From assembly GCA_000092065.1 (NCBI GenBank), contig CP000586.1: a stretch of 64,000 bases of DNA, one strand, 5' to 3'. Numbering within the stretch: the stretch's first letter is position 1; every line of letters begins with the position of its first letter. Both the position numbers and the translations under genes were made by a program. The notes under the pieces are model-generated. The model made no database searches, was not told the origin of the DNA, and saw only the letters and a list, made by a program, of their open reading frames with translations. This DNA is from Ostreococcus lucimarinus. Taxonomy: Eukaryota. Below are positions 1-9,932 of this stretch, piece by piece.

Positions 1-753
1 TTATCGTCGCCCCCGCGGCGACCATTTCCCTGGCGTGTCGCACAGCCACGTCCACGCCGCCGTCGTACGCGCCGCCGTCGCTAAACGAATCCGGTGTCAC
101 GTTCAAAATACCCATCACCATCGTCTCTCGACCCCAGCTCCACAATCTGTCTCTCATCGGGATCACGCGCGCTATATCACCACTTTCCATCGCCGTAACC
201 TCTCCATCGGTGCCGTCCCAAATCCTCCGAGCCTCGAGCAGCCCTTCCGTCGTCGCGTCGCTCGTCGTCGCCGCCGTCGCTGCGCCCGTCAAATCTGCGA
301 GCGGCGCCAGCACGAACGGCCGCTCGGCGTAGCGCGCGTGCGGAACCGTCAATCTGTCGCACGAATGCGAGCCTTGCCCGTGGAATATGACGTCCAAATC
401 CATCGGCCTCGGTCCGTACCGCCGCGTCCCGAAGTCTCGCCCCAGCGCCGCCTCGATGGCTTTCAGCCCATCCAGCAGCGCCAGCGGATCTCGCGCGACG
501 TCGTCGGGAAAAGATCCGACGCACGCGGCGTTCAAAAACTTCCCCTGGTCCTCGACGTACGCCGGAGCGGTCTCGTAGAGCGAGGAATGCGCGTGAAGCT
601 CGAAACCGAGGTCACGCCTGAGTTTAGCGAACGCGTCGCGAAACAACCCGACGCGATCGCCTTGATTCGATCCGAGCGCGAGCACGGCGCGCGTGCGACC
701 GTCGGCGACGGTCGCGTGCGCTCGCGCGAGACGACGCGCGAGCGCGCGCGACA
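1..753 (-). CDS. Bifunctional HPPK-DHPS (6-hydroxymethyl-dihydropterin pyrophosphokinase / dihydropteroate synthase), 3'-partial (C-terminus beyond window start)
   Basis: Reverse-strand translation from ATG (~753) gives MSRALARRL...VLALGSNQGDRVGLFRDA (HPPK signature) followed by ...ETMVMGILNVTPDSFSDGGAYDGG (DHPS pterin-binding signature). The ORF runs off the window edge and is not in the ORF track for that reason. Confidence 0.8.
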
Positions 754-838
754 TGTCGCGTCGGCGTGTGCGGCGAAGCTTCGCGAGCTATAAACTTAAA
801 CTACAAATTCAACCGCTAATTCGCGCGCACTCCAGCGC

Positions 839-1435
839 CTACGACTCGTCCGCGCTGTCACCCGCGAACGTCTTCTTACCCTTCGCCGGCACTGGGTCCT
901 CGTTCACCGGATAGTCGCCGTAACAATACGCCGTGTCGTACGCGTACGTGTTCTCGTGAAACGTCACGCTCGGCTGCGTTCGACACCGACTCTTGCAGTA
1001 CTCGAACGCGTCTTCGAAAAAACCCGTCGCGATTTGATTCCTCCCTCGCGCGTGTCGCTTCATCGCCGCTTCCACGTCGTGCGTCGGTCCTTGACAACAC
1101 GCCGCGCACGTCTCGTAATCTCGACAGCACCGCGCGCTCTCGTCGCACCCGTCGCACGCGTACCGCGCCGCCGTCGTCGTCGTCGAGCAGCACCCGGTGA
1201 CGGAGTCCACCTCGTACCACGCGCACGCGCGCCCTCGATCGTCCACGACGCGCCGCGCGTCGACGTGCGCGTTTTCGCACGTCGCGCGCGCGTCGTCGCG
1301 CGCGCGCGCGCTCGACGTCGCCGCGCCGGCGTCGCGCGCGCCGATCGTCGCGGGATACTCGCGCGCGGTCGCGCCTCGCGCGAGCGCGGCGACGAGCGCG
1401 ACGACGACGTCGGCGCGTCGTCGTCGTCGTCCCAT
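839..1435 (-). CDS. Secreted cysteine-rich protein of unknown function (signal peptide + ~15 Cys)
   Basis: Internal ATG of ORF 839..1888(-) gives MGRRRRRADVVVALVAALARGATA (signal-peptide-like), then a Cys-rich domain (CCSTTT...CDGCDES..CCRDYETCAACC...YCKSRC...YCYGDYP). The upstream 150 codons of the track ORF are R/A-rich, low-complexity and overlap the divergent promoter. Confidence 0.5.
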   Translation of the reverse strand: MGRRRRRADVVVALVAALARGATAREYPATIGARDAGAATSSARARDDARATCENAHVDARRVVDDRGRACAWYEVDSVTGCCSTTTTAARYACDGCDESARCCRDYETCAACCQGPTHDVEAAMKRHARGRNQIATGFFEDAFEYCKSRCRTQPSVTFHENTYAYDTAYCYGDYPVNEDPVPAKGKKTFAGDSADES

Positions 1436-1573
1436 CGCGTCGCCGACTGCCGACAGAGGTTTGCCGACGCGCGTCGTCGCGCGCGCCGCACACATCGACG
1501 CCGCGGCGCGCGCCGTCGAGCGAGCGCTCGGAGAAAACGCGCGCGGGCGTCGCGCGGGCGTCGTCGGGCGATC

Positions 1574-2740
1574 ATGGCGCCCGGCGACGCGGAGGACGCG
1601 GCGAAGGCGCTCGAGCAGGTTTCGATCGGCGGCGACGGCGAGGGCGGTGGTGACGCGGCGAAGGCGAATCCCGTGCACGAGGCGAGCGGAATGACGCTCG
1701 ACGCGCGGCTCGAGCTCGCGCTGACGATCGCTGAGGAGTGCATACAGCCGGATGAACTGCGGAAGCTGCTGGAGAAGAAACCCACGCCGGTGTGCTACGA
1801 CGGCTTCGAGCCGAGCGGGCGGATGCACATCGCGCAGGGCGTCATGAAGGCGCTGAACGTGAATAAACTGACGAAGATTGGATGCCACTTTAAATTTTGG
1901 GTCGCCGATTGGTTCGCGCTGATGAATAATAAGATGGGCGGGGATTTAAAGAAGATTCAAAAAGTTGGGAAATACATGGTCGAGGTGTGGAAGGCGATTG
2001 GGATGGATTTGGACCACGTCGAATTCGTGTGGTCGAGCGAAGAGATCAACAAGAAGGCGGATGAATACTGGCCGTTGGTGTTGGATATCGCGCGTAAGAA
2101 TAAGCTCGCGCGGATTTTGAGGTGCTCGCAAATCATGGGGCGAAGCGAGAGCGACGAGTTGGCGGCGTCGCAAATTTTCTACCCGTGCATGCAGTGCGCG
2201 GACATCTTCTTTCTCAAGGCGGACATCTGCCAGCTCGGGATGGATCAACGCAAGGTGAATATGCTCGCGAGAGAGTACTGCGACGACATCAAGCGCAAGA
2301 ACAAGCCCATCATCTTGTCTCACCACATGCTCATGGGATTGAAGCAAGGCCAAGAGAAGATGTCCAAGTCCGATCCGGATTCGGCGATTTTCATGGAGGA
2401 CAGCGAGCAAGAGGTGAACACGAAGATCAAGAAGGCATATTGCCCGGAGAAGGAAATCGCGGGGAACCCGTGCATGGAGTACATCAAGTACGTCATCATT
2501 CCTTGGTCGAACAAGTTTGAGCTCAAGCGCAAGGAAGAGAACGGCGGCGACAAGACGTACGAGACGTACGATGAATTGGAGGCGGACTACGTCTCCGGTG
2601 CCGTGCACCCGGGCGACTTGAAGCCGTCTCTCGCGGCCATGCTTAACGAAATTTTGCAGCCCGTTCGCGATCACTTTAAGAACAACGCCGAAGCCAAGGC
2701 GCTGCTCGCGCAAATCAAGCAATACAAGGTGACGAAGTAG
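1574..2740 (+). CDS. YARS: Tyrosyl-tRNA synthetase, cytoplasmic type
   Basis: MAPGDAEDA...PTPVCYDGFEPSGRMHIAQG...KMSKS...GDKTYETYDELEADYVSGAVHPGDLK: class I Tyr-RS motifs and the eukaryotic C-terminal region. Start is the internal ATG of ORF 956..2740; the upstream part is Arg-rich junk. Confidence 0.9.
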   Translation: MAPGDAEDAAKALEQVSIGGDGEGGGDAAKANPVHEASGMTLDARLELALTIAEECIQPDELRKLLEKKPTPVCYDGFEPSGRMHIAQGVMKALNVNKLTKIGCHFKFWVADWFALMNNKMGGDLKKIQKVGKYMVEVWKAIGMDLDHVEFVWSSEEINKKADEYWPLVLDIARKNKLARILRCSQIMGRSESDELAASQIFYPCMQCADIFFLKADICQLGMDQRKVNMLAREYCDDIKRKNKPIILSHHMLMGLKQGQEKMSKSDPDSAIFMEDSEQEVNTKIKKAYCPEKEIAGNPCMEYIKYVIIPWSNKFELKRKEENGGDKTYETYDELEADYVSGAVHPGDLKPSLAAMLNEILQPVRDHFKNNAEAKALLAQIKQYKVTK

Positions 2741-2793
2741 CTCTCAAACGACTTGATCTAACGCAAACGATTGATTAAAAGAAACAATGAAAC

Positions 2794-3624
2794 CTAAAAT
2801 AATTTGTTCTTGAAGCTCACGAGCGCGCGCCCGATCTGCCCCCAGATGTTGTCTTGCAGAAATACATCAAACTTTTGAAAATCGCCGTTACCGACGTCCA
2901 AATCGGTGTGGAAATCCAACGTGCGAAGCTCGCAGTTCTGAAACTCGTCCCCCGTGAGCGAGTAACACACCCCCCAATGCGCGATGACGGCGATCGATTT
3001 CTCCGGTCTCGCGTCCAACCATCGTCGGAACTCTTGCATTCGTTCCTCGAACACGTCCACGGGCTCGAGCTCAGCCGTCGTGAACGGATCCTTCCCGTCC
3101 GGCGTGTACCACCACGTCGCGTCGTCGTCGCCCATCTCGGTCAAATCCCAATCCGGATGGTCCTCCCCGAGCTCGCGCGCGACTCGCCCGATATCGCTCC
3201 CGTGAAACACCCGCTCGCGCGCCAGCGCGCAGACCACGCGCGGGACGTCCCCGAGCGCGTCTTCGCCCGCGGCGCCGAACGCCAGCTCCGCCGTGCGCAG
3301 CGCTCGCCGCAGCGGACTCGCCACGATCAATTCAGGCGCCGGCTCCAGCGCCGTCGCGATCGTTCGCAGCGCGCGCGCCTGCGCCTCGCCCTCGCTCGTC
3401 AACCGCGTGTCGATCATCATCGGATCCACGAAATCCGGGTCCGCCCAGTGGTTCTCTCTGAGGTAATCATTCATCTCCGTGCGCCCGTGACGCACGAGAT
3501 GGATCGTCTTCGCGTCCCCGCGCGCGGGCGCTTTCGCGGACGCGCGCTTTCGCTTCGCGAAGGTCGACATCGACACGTTCCCGAGCTCGGGCGTGCCGGA
3601 CGCGGCGACGGCGATCCACCGCAT
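2794..3624 (-). CDS. Histidine phosphatase superfamily (phosphoglycerate-mutase-like) protein
   Basis: IHLVRHGRTEMN (RHG catalytic motif) ... IAHWGVCYSL; full ORF with ATG start. Confidence 0.75.
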   Translation of the reverse strand: MRWIAVAASGTPELGNVSMSTFAKRKRASAKAPARGDAKTIHLVRHGRTEMNDYLRENHWADPDFVDPMMIDTRLTSEGEAQARALRTIATALEPAPELIVASPLRRALRTAELAFGAAGEDALGDVPRVVCALARERVFHGSDIGRVARELGEDHPDWDLTEMGDDDATWWYTPDGKDPFTTAELEPVDVFEERMQEFRRWLDARPEKSIAVIAHWGVCYSLTGDEFQNCELRTLDFHTDLDVGNGDFQKFDVFLQDNIWGQIGRALVSFKNKLF

Positions 3625-3630
3625 GGCGCG

Positions 3631-3724
3631 ACGACGCGCGACGCGACGCGACGCGACGCGACGTGGCGCGACCGACCGACCGACCGACCGACCGACCGAC
3701 CGACCGACCGACCGACCGACCGAC
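3631..3724. repeat. Compound microsatellite (GCGAC)n followed by (GACC)13 in divergent promoter between PGAM-like and GBSS genes
   Basis: acgacgcgcgacgcgacgcgacgcgacgcgacg then gaccgaccgacc... (about 54 bp) read directly. Confidence 0.9.
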
Positions 3725-4359
3725 GCGTCGGCCCGCTCGTATCGATACGAGCTGATACCGTATTGGCGTATCGACGTATCAGACTTTTTGTATGGGCAAA
3801 CAGTGTAAAATCGCCGATTTCAATACGTATCGGGAAATTCCCAATACCGGATTCAAGCACCCCGACCGACGCGCGCGATCCGCGATCATCGTAAATCACA
3901 CCATCACTGTTTGCACACATACCGATTGTCCGAATACACCGACACCCCCCCCCCGACGACACCCGTATTCCGACCCCGAAAAAGCGCGGGAAATCGTCAT
4001 CCACCGCGGCGCCGCGTGCGCCACTCGTTCGGCGCTGAGTGACGCTGGCACTCGCGACGCGCGCGACGACCGCACTTTTGCACACACGCCGCGACGCACG
4101 CCATGCGCGCGCACACGACCTCCCGAACGTGCGTGAACGACGCGACGCGCGGACGCGAACGCGGACGCGGACGCGACGCCGCGCGGTGACGCCGCGCGGA
4201 CGCCGCGGATGCGATGGCGATCGAGATATTTTAATCGCGAACGCGCGCGTGACGTCGCGAAGACGCGATCGGGACGCGCGCGCGAGGGCGACGCGCGAAC
4301 GAACGCGGACGACGGCGGCGACGAGGCGACGCGCGAGGACTGGAGACTGACGGAGATTC

Positions 4360-6111
4360 GTGAGGTTTTATCGACGGCGTAGGTCGGTTCGAGCGACGTT
4401 CGCGTCCAAGACGCGCGCGGCGTCGTCGACCAAGCGCGCGACCGCGGTTCGCGCGGCGTCTAAATCCACGATGACCGTGGCGGAGATCGCGAAGAGCGAA
4501 CGACCGATGAAAATTGTTTTCGTGTCCGCGGAATGCGCGCCGTGGTCGAAGACCGGTGGCCTCGGTGACGTCGTGGGATCGTTGCCGGTGGAGCTCGCCA
4601 AGCGCGGGCACAAGGTGATGACGATCTCGCCGCGTTACGATCAGTACAAGGGCGCGTGGGACACCTCCGTGCACGTCGAAGCGCTCGGTAAGTCTGTTGG
4701 CTTCTTCCACGAGAAGAAGAAGGGCGTCGATCGCGTGTTCGTCGATCACCCCGACTTCTTGGCCAAGGTTTGGGGTAAAACCGGCTCCAAGCTTTACGGC
4801 GAAAAGTCTGGGCACGACTTCGCGGACAACCAAGATCGCTTCGCGATGTTCTGCCACGCCGCCATCAAGGCGCCGGCGGCGCTCACCGAACTCGGTTTCG
4901 GCGAAGACGTCGTCTTCGTCGCAAACGACTGGCACTCCGCGCTCGTCCCGGTCATCTTGAACAAGGTGATGAAGCCGGCGGGTCAATTCACCAAGGCCAA
5001 GTGCGCGATGACGATTCACAACATCGCGTTCCAAGGTCGCTTCTTCCCGCAACCGATGGCCACCTACGGCTTGCCGGACTCTGCGGCTGACGACTTCTTC
5101 TTCGAAGACGGTTACTCCAAAGTGTACGACGAAACCAACCCGGCCAAGGAAGACGGCAAGGAGGAATTCGACGGCAAGATTTACCGCAAGGCCAACTGGC
5201 TCAAGGCGGGCTTCATGAACGCCGACAAGAACTTGACCGTGTCCGAAAACTACGCCAAGGAGATCGCATCCAGCAAGGCTAAGGGCGTTGAGCTCGATGA
5301 CGTCATCCGTGAATTCGGTATGGAAGGCATCGTCAACGGCATGGACCCGACCGAGTGGAACCCGTCGAGCGACAAGTTCATCGACGTCCCGTACGACAAG
5401 ACCACCGTCGTCGAAGGTAAGGCTGCCGCCAAGCAAGCGCTCCAAGCTGAAGTTGGCTTGCCGCTCGATGCCGATGCGCCGGTCTTCGGCTACATCGGTC
5501 GCCTCGAAGAGCAAAAGGGCTGTGACATCATGATGGCTGCCATCCCGAAGCTTTTGAAGCAAGTGCCGAACGCGCAAGTCGTCATCTTGGGTACCGGTAA
5601 GAAGAGCATGGAAAAGGCTCTCGAAAAGCTCGACGAAGCCGAACCCATGTGCGCGGGTGTCGTGAAGTTCTCCGCCCCGTTGGCGCACTTCATCACCGCC
5701 GGTGCCGACTTCTTGATGGTTCCGTCCCGCTTCGAACCGTGCGGTTTGATCCAACTCCACGCCATGCAATACGGCACCGTCCCGGTCGTCGCCTCCACCG
5801 GCGGTCTCGTTGACACCGTCAAGGAAGGTGTCACCGGTTACCACATGGGCGCCATGGACGCCGACACCCTCCTCCCGGCGGATGTCGACGCGATGGTTGA
5901 GACGTGCGCCGCCGCCGCCGCCGATTACGGTACTCCGCTCTACACCAAGATGTCCTCCACGTGCATCTCCCAAGACTTGTCTTGGGCTGAGCCGGCGAAG
6001 AAGTGGGAAGGTGTGCTCGAAGAAATGTACTTCGGTACCCCGGAGGCGGTCAAGAAGGCTGAAGTCGTCGTCCCCATCGCCAAGGCCGACGCGATCGCCG
6101 CGACGGCTTAA
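4360..6111 (+). CDS. Granule-bound starch synthase (GBSSI-like, GT5), with R/S/T-rich N-terminal presequence
   Basis: KIVFVSAECAPWSKTGGLGDVVGSLP (KTGGL motif) ... STGGLVDTVKEGVTG; length 583 aa. The track start is GTG. The first in-frame ATG (MTVAEIAK...) is about 37 codons in, so the exact start is uncertain. Confidence 0.85.
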   Translation: MRFYRRRRSVRATFASKTRAASSTKRATAVRAASKSTMTVAEIAKSERPMKIVFVSAECAPWSKTGGLGDVVGSLPVELAKRGHKVMTISPRYDQYKGAWDTSVHVEALGKSVGFFHEKKKGVDRVFVDHPDFLAKVWGKTGSKLYGEKSGHDFADNQDRFAMFCHAAIKAPAALTELGFGEDVVFVANDWHSALVPVILNKVMKPAGQFTKAKCAMTIHNIAFQGRFFPQPMATYGLPDSAADDFFFEDGYSKVYDETNPAKEDGKEEFDGKIYRKANWLKAGFMNADKNLTVSENYAKEIASSKAKGVELDDVIREFGMEGIVNGMDPTEWNPSSDKFIDVPYDKTTVVEGKAAAKQALQAEVGLPLDADAPVFGYIGRLEEQKGCDIMMAAIPKLLKQVPNAQVVILGTGKKSMEKALEKLDEAEPMCAGVVKFSAPLAHFITAGADFLMVPSRFEPCGLIQLHAMQYGTVPVVASTGGLVDTVKEGVTGYHMGAMDADTLLPADVDAMVETCAAAAADYGTPLYTKMSSTCISQDLSWAEPAKKWEGVLEEMYFGTPEAVKKAEVVVPIAKADAIAATA

Positions 6112-6275
6112 GCTCTCAAGTCTCCTGATTCTGTTTCACACAATTCATGATTTTACCGCGAAAACATGACGAATGGAATGTTGTAATAATTTTACCTTCG
6201 CGATAGTGCGCAATCAGTTAACGTTCGTTCGTCGTATGAGTGTTACATCTTTCGTTTCGCGAGGGTCTCGTATGG

Positions 6276-7648
6276 CTAAGCTGCGCCGAAGGCGGCACCT
6301 TTCGAAATAGCGACGTCCCCGTACGTCATCAGCTGTTCGACTTTCAAGTACTCGTGCGCGTTGAGGACTAAAACCTGGTAGAACATGCGCGCCGCTTCGC
6401 CTCTCTTCTTCCCCACCGTGAGAGTATTGAGCGAAAGCGGGCGGTCTCCAGAAGCATCGAAAGCGCTCGTCAAGTGGTCGAGCATGAGCTTGGAGTTGAC
6501 GTTCCAATCCATGTCGCCTCCTTCCTCTTCGGCGCCGTCCTCCTCGACGTTCATTTCGAGGTTGAACTCTTCCGCACCGACATAGCCTCCATCATCGAAT
6601 CCGTTCTCGTTGTCGGCGTAGTCGAAGTTCATGGTGAACGGCTTGGCGTCCGCGTCGTCGTCGTTGGCTCGAGCAACACGCGGTTCGCCAGAGTCCGGAC
6701 GCCCCCAGCACGCGGCACTCGCCTTTCTATACGCGTCATTGAGCTTAGCACCGACATCACACGCCATGAGTCGTCCCCGTAGGCTCGCTTCTAAAGTTTC
6801 AGGATCGTTGAGCACGCCGTCGTCCTCCAACGGCGACGCGCGCTTGCTGACGATGTCGCGCGTATCCCTCAACTGCGCACGAATGTGATCGTTGGACAGA
6901 GTCACCGTGCGATCGAACACGACCACGCGATCGACCTTTCTGCGCTTACTCGCCGGACCGGGCTCACGATCATCCGGGCGATCACCCAATACGCTAGAAC
7001 CCGGGATGGACGGCAACGCGCCGCCGAACAAGCTCTCGCCGCCGACGCTTCTTCTCGCGGCGAACCCGTCGTCTTCATCCCCCATCAAATCCGCATCCAA
7101 CGCCAAAGGCAACACCCCTTCATCGCCGGCCCCGAATCCGTCGTCCATACCTCCATCGTATTCATCATCGTTAGGTGCTGTGTACTCGTCGTGCGCGTAG
7201 TCGTAATCCTCCAACTGCACGCCAGCCTCGACGACGGCGGAACGGAAAACTTCAACTTCAACGTCATCCTCGAGTCGTTCATCATCCACGGGTAATTGGT
7301 CGTTAAACTCAAACTGCGCGTCGAAGTCATCCACGTCCGGATCCGCCAGAGTGATGTTCTCTCTGCTCACGCTCGCTCGTCCCGTCGCGCCGTTCGCCAT
7401 GCCCGGGTCGAAGAAAAACTCCAAGTCGTCGTAGTTGTCCGGCAACGTAATCGTCGCATTCGGCGCCGTCGCCGCATCAGCGGGCAGATCAACCGTCCCA
7501 GGTCGGAAAACTTGCTTGATCTTCACCAACGCCTCGGAGCAATCTTGAAACAAGTAGTTCACCTTGCGACTGTAAATGCGAACCACCCCGAGCATCAATT
7601 GTCCCGAAAGCCTCAACGCCAGCGGCGCGTCGGGGTTAATGATGGATT
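6276..7648 (-). CDS. Cohesin kleisin Rad21/Rec8 family, exon 2 of 2
   Basis: ESIINPDAPLALRLSGQLMLGVVRIYSRKVNYLFQDCSEALVKIK (Rad21 N-terminal domain) ... C-terminal winged-helix FYQVLVLNAHEYLKVEQLMTYGDV. Acceptor cgaacAG at about 7649/7650; branch gatgACTGACgcg 28 nt upstream. Confidence 0.8.
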
Positions 7649-7791
7649 CTGTTCGCGTCACACATCGCACCACGCGTCAGTCATCGCGTTCGCGCGCTCT
7701 TCGCTCTCTCTCTCGCGCGCGCGTCGTCCGACGAGCCGTTCGCGTCCCGTCGGCTCGCGTCCGCGGTTTGAATTGAATTCCGAATACGTAC

Positions 7792-7915
7792 TCACTGACG
7801 AGACGATGTCCGTCTCCGCGATCTGATTCTTCCGCAGCTTGCGGTCCAAGTGCGCGGCGATCCAGATCGTCCCCAGCGGCCCGCGCTTGGCGAGAATGTA
7901 CTGCGAGTAGAACAT
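7792..7915 (-). CDS. Cohesin kleisin Rad21/Rec8 family, exon 1 of 2 (MFYSQYILAKRGPLGTIWIAAHLDRKLRKNQIAETDIVSSV)
   Basis: The canonical Rad21 N-terminus MFYSQ(F/Y)ILAKKGPL is in a separate track ORF (7658..7915). A GTACGT (or GTGAGT, 4 nt upstream) donor follows. The 143-bp intron joins it in phase 1 to exon 2. Confidence 0.7.
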
Positions 7916-8183
7916 CGCGCTCGATCGATCGCGTCTTCAGGGTGTCCCGCCCGTTTGAAAATCACGTTCGTCGCGCGGCGGTTTCGTCGCGCCGTGCGGC
8001 GATGGGCGCTCGCGCGCGGCTCGTGGACGCGCTCAAGGGCGTCGCGCACGACGCGAACGCGCGCGGTGAGGTGTGCGGCGGCGATCGACGCGCGTCGAGC
8101 TCTGGGACACGGATTGGGAGAGATTTCGAACGAACGGGACGTTTTTGCCATCATTAGGCGAAATCTCGATTGCGCGAGCGAAG

Positions 8184-9077
8184 CTACTCGGCGTCTACGA
8201 TGAAGGGCACGCCGTCGGACCTGAACCGAATTCTGTCTTCGCACATCGCGGCGACGACGCGAGGGAATAAGATGTGCTCCTGCGCCAAGACGCGCGCGGC
8301 GACGGCGCTCGCGTCGTCGTCGTCGAAGACGGGGACGACGGTTTGCGCTAAAATTTTACCCTCGTCGAACGCCTCGTTGACGAAATGAATCGTCGGACCG
8401 GTGAATCGAGCGCCCGATGCGACGACGGCTTTGTGAACGTTCTCACCGTGCATGCCCTTGCCGCCGAACGCGGGCAAGAGTGCGGGGTGGATGTTGACCA
8501 TTCGATTTTCGTACGCTCGACAAAGTTCGGGCGGAATCAGTCGTAAATATCCAGCCAACAGCACGAACTCGGCGCCGTGTTCGCGCGTCAGCGCGTCGAC
8601 GAGCGCGTCGGCGGTTAATCCACCCGTTTCGTTCTTCTTCGCTGGATAAATCAACACGGGAATTCCTCGTTCGCGCGCCCACTCGGCGCCGCCGCACGTC
8701 GCCGCGTTGGTCACCACGCACGCCACGCGCCCTCGCACCTCCCCTCGCTCGCACGCGTCGTGTATCGCGCGCATGTTCGACCCACCGCCGCTAACGAATA
8801 CGGCCAAGTTCGCGCGCGCGTCGTCGTCGCGCGCGCTCGACGACGCCGACGCGGAGGCACTGTTACGCGCGCGCAGCTGCCCTCGCGGCGGCTCCGTCGC
8901 GCCACCGTGCGCGCGCCGCACGCCTCTGCGCGCGCTCGCGCGCGCGCGCGCGGGAGCGACGAGATGTGCGCTCGCCGTGGACATGCCTTCGAGCGCGCCG
9001 AACGCTCGACGCGCGCGACTGTGACGCTCTCGCGCGGCGCGCCGCGCGACTCTTCCTCCGCTTAAACGCGTTCGCAT
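8184..9077 (-). CDS. purN: Phosphoribosylglycinamide formyltransferase (PurN/GART), with N-terminal presequence
   Basis: LAVFVSGGGSNMRAI ... NIHPALLPAFGGKGMHG ... FDEGKILAQ: GAR transformylase motifs. The first ATG (9077) lies 6 bp from the stop of the upstream gene; the alternative ATG at 8984 (MSTASAHLV...) is equally plausible. Confidence 0.8.
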   Translation of the reverse strand: MRTRLSGGRVARRAARERHSRARRAFGALEGMSTASAHLVAPARARASARRGVRRAHGGATEPPRGQLRARNSASASASSSARDDDARANLAVFVSGGGSNMRAIHDACERGEVRGRVACVVTNAATCGGAEWARERGIPVLIYPAKKNETGGLTADALVDALTREHGAEFVLLAGYLRLIPPELCRAYENRMVNIHPALLPAFGGKGMHGENVHKAVVASGARFTGPTIHFVNEAFDEGKILAQTVVPVFDDDDASAVAARVLAQEHILFPRVVAAMCEDRIRFRSDGVPFIVDAE

Positions 9078-9083
9078 ACAGGA

Positions 9084-9665
9084 CTAATCGCTATCGCTAC
9101 TTTCATCGCTATCGACGTACGTGCGCACCCGTCGTCGGTTTCTATTCGCCACGAGCGGCGGTAACCCGTCGTCCGAGCCCTCGTCGTCGTCTTCGTCCGC
9201 CGAGCCGTCGCGCGCCTCGCCGCCGTCCCGAGCCGTCGCGCGCGCCCGCGCCTCGTCCTCCTCCAGCGCTCCCGCGAGCTCGCGCAGCGCGCACCCCGTC
9301 CCGCGTTCTTCGCTCTCGAACGCTTTCGGCCACGTCCCGTCGTCCCTTCGTCGCATCTCCTTCACTTGTTCCGCGTACAGCACCCGCCGCAGCTCGCCCG
9401 TCACCTTGACGTCGTCCCGTCCCTCGAGCTCGCGCGCGTCCACGAACCTCGCCACCACGTGCGTCCCGGCGCGGAACCACGCGAGCTTTTTAAACTTATT
9501 CGGCACGCGCACGAGCGTCGTGCCGCCCGCGTCGTCGTCGCCGCGCTCGACCTCGACCAAGTTGGCGCCGCACACCGCCGTGACGCGGCACACGACGTCG
9601 CCGTCCTCGAGCGTCACCGCGAGCTCGTTCGCGAGCGCGTGCACGTGCTTGCGGCGGTGCGACAT
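9084..9665 (-). CDS. EIF1AD: EIF1AD-like (eIF1A domain-containing, probable RNA-binding protein)
   Basis: [16 protein letters not shown]...[16 protein letters not shown]...[21 protein letters not shown]...WPKAF...NRNRRRV + acidic Ser/Asp tail; colinear with human EIF1AD. Only the C-terminal 193 codons of track ORF 9084..10505 are real. Confidence 0.75.
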   Translation of the reverse strand: MSHRRKHVHALANELAVTLEDGDVVCRVTAVCGANLVEVERGDDDAGGTTLVRVPNKFKKLAWFRAGTHVVARFVDARELEGRDDVKVTGELRRVLYAEQVKEMRRRDDGTWPKAFESEERGTGCALRELAGALEEDEARARATARDGGEARDGSADEDDDEGSDDGLPPLVANRNRRRVRTYVDSDESSDSD

Positions 9666-9932
9666 CACCGCGCGTTCGTCGCCGCGCGCGTCGCGCGCGC
9701 GTCGTCGCGGCGCGCGTCGTCGCGGCGCGTCGCGTCGTCGCGGCGCGCACTGCGGACGACCGCGCGCGCGACACACCGCGACGCGTCGACGCGTCGACGC
9801 GCGCGCGCGAGAGACGCGCGAGAGACGCGCGAACGCGCGACTGTCGACGCGAACGCGCGCGCGCGACGCGGGACGCGCGCGACGGCGGGTCGAGACTGGA
9901 TTGGATTGGCTGGCGTCTCCGCGACTCGATCG

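Noticed and set aside
3631-3724. Possible CRISPR array / direct repeats
   Set aside because: 4-5-bp unit microsatellites without spacers. No cas genes. The context is eukaryotic (introns, nucleoporin, cohesin, SNAREs, ATG7).
4231-5973. 580-aa ORF antisense to the GBSS gene (and similar long antisense or overlapping ORFs: 35-793+, 876-1493-, 1060-1785-, 22549-23991+, 22643-23773-, 23807-25186-, 30016-31185-, 37317-38757-, 44843-46213-, 56851-58527+, 58360-59040-)
   Set aside because: They are Arg/Ala/Gly/Asp-rich and low-complexity, with no motifs. They arise because GC3-rich coding DNA has few stop codons on the opposite strand, and because GCGAC-type repeats fill the intergenic regions. In every case a clearly homologous gene occupies the other strand or frame.
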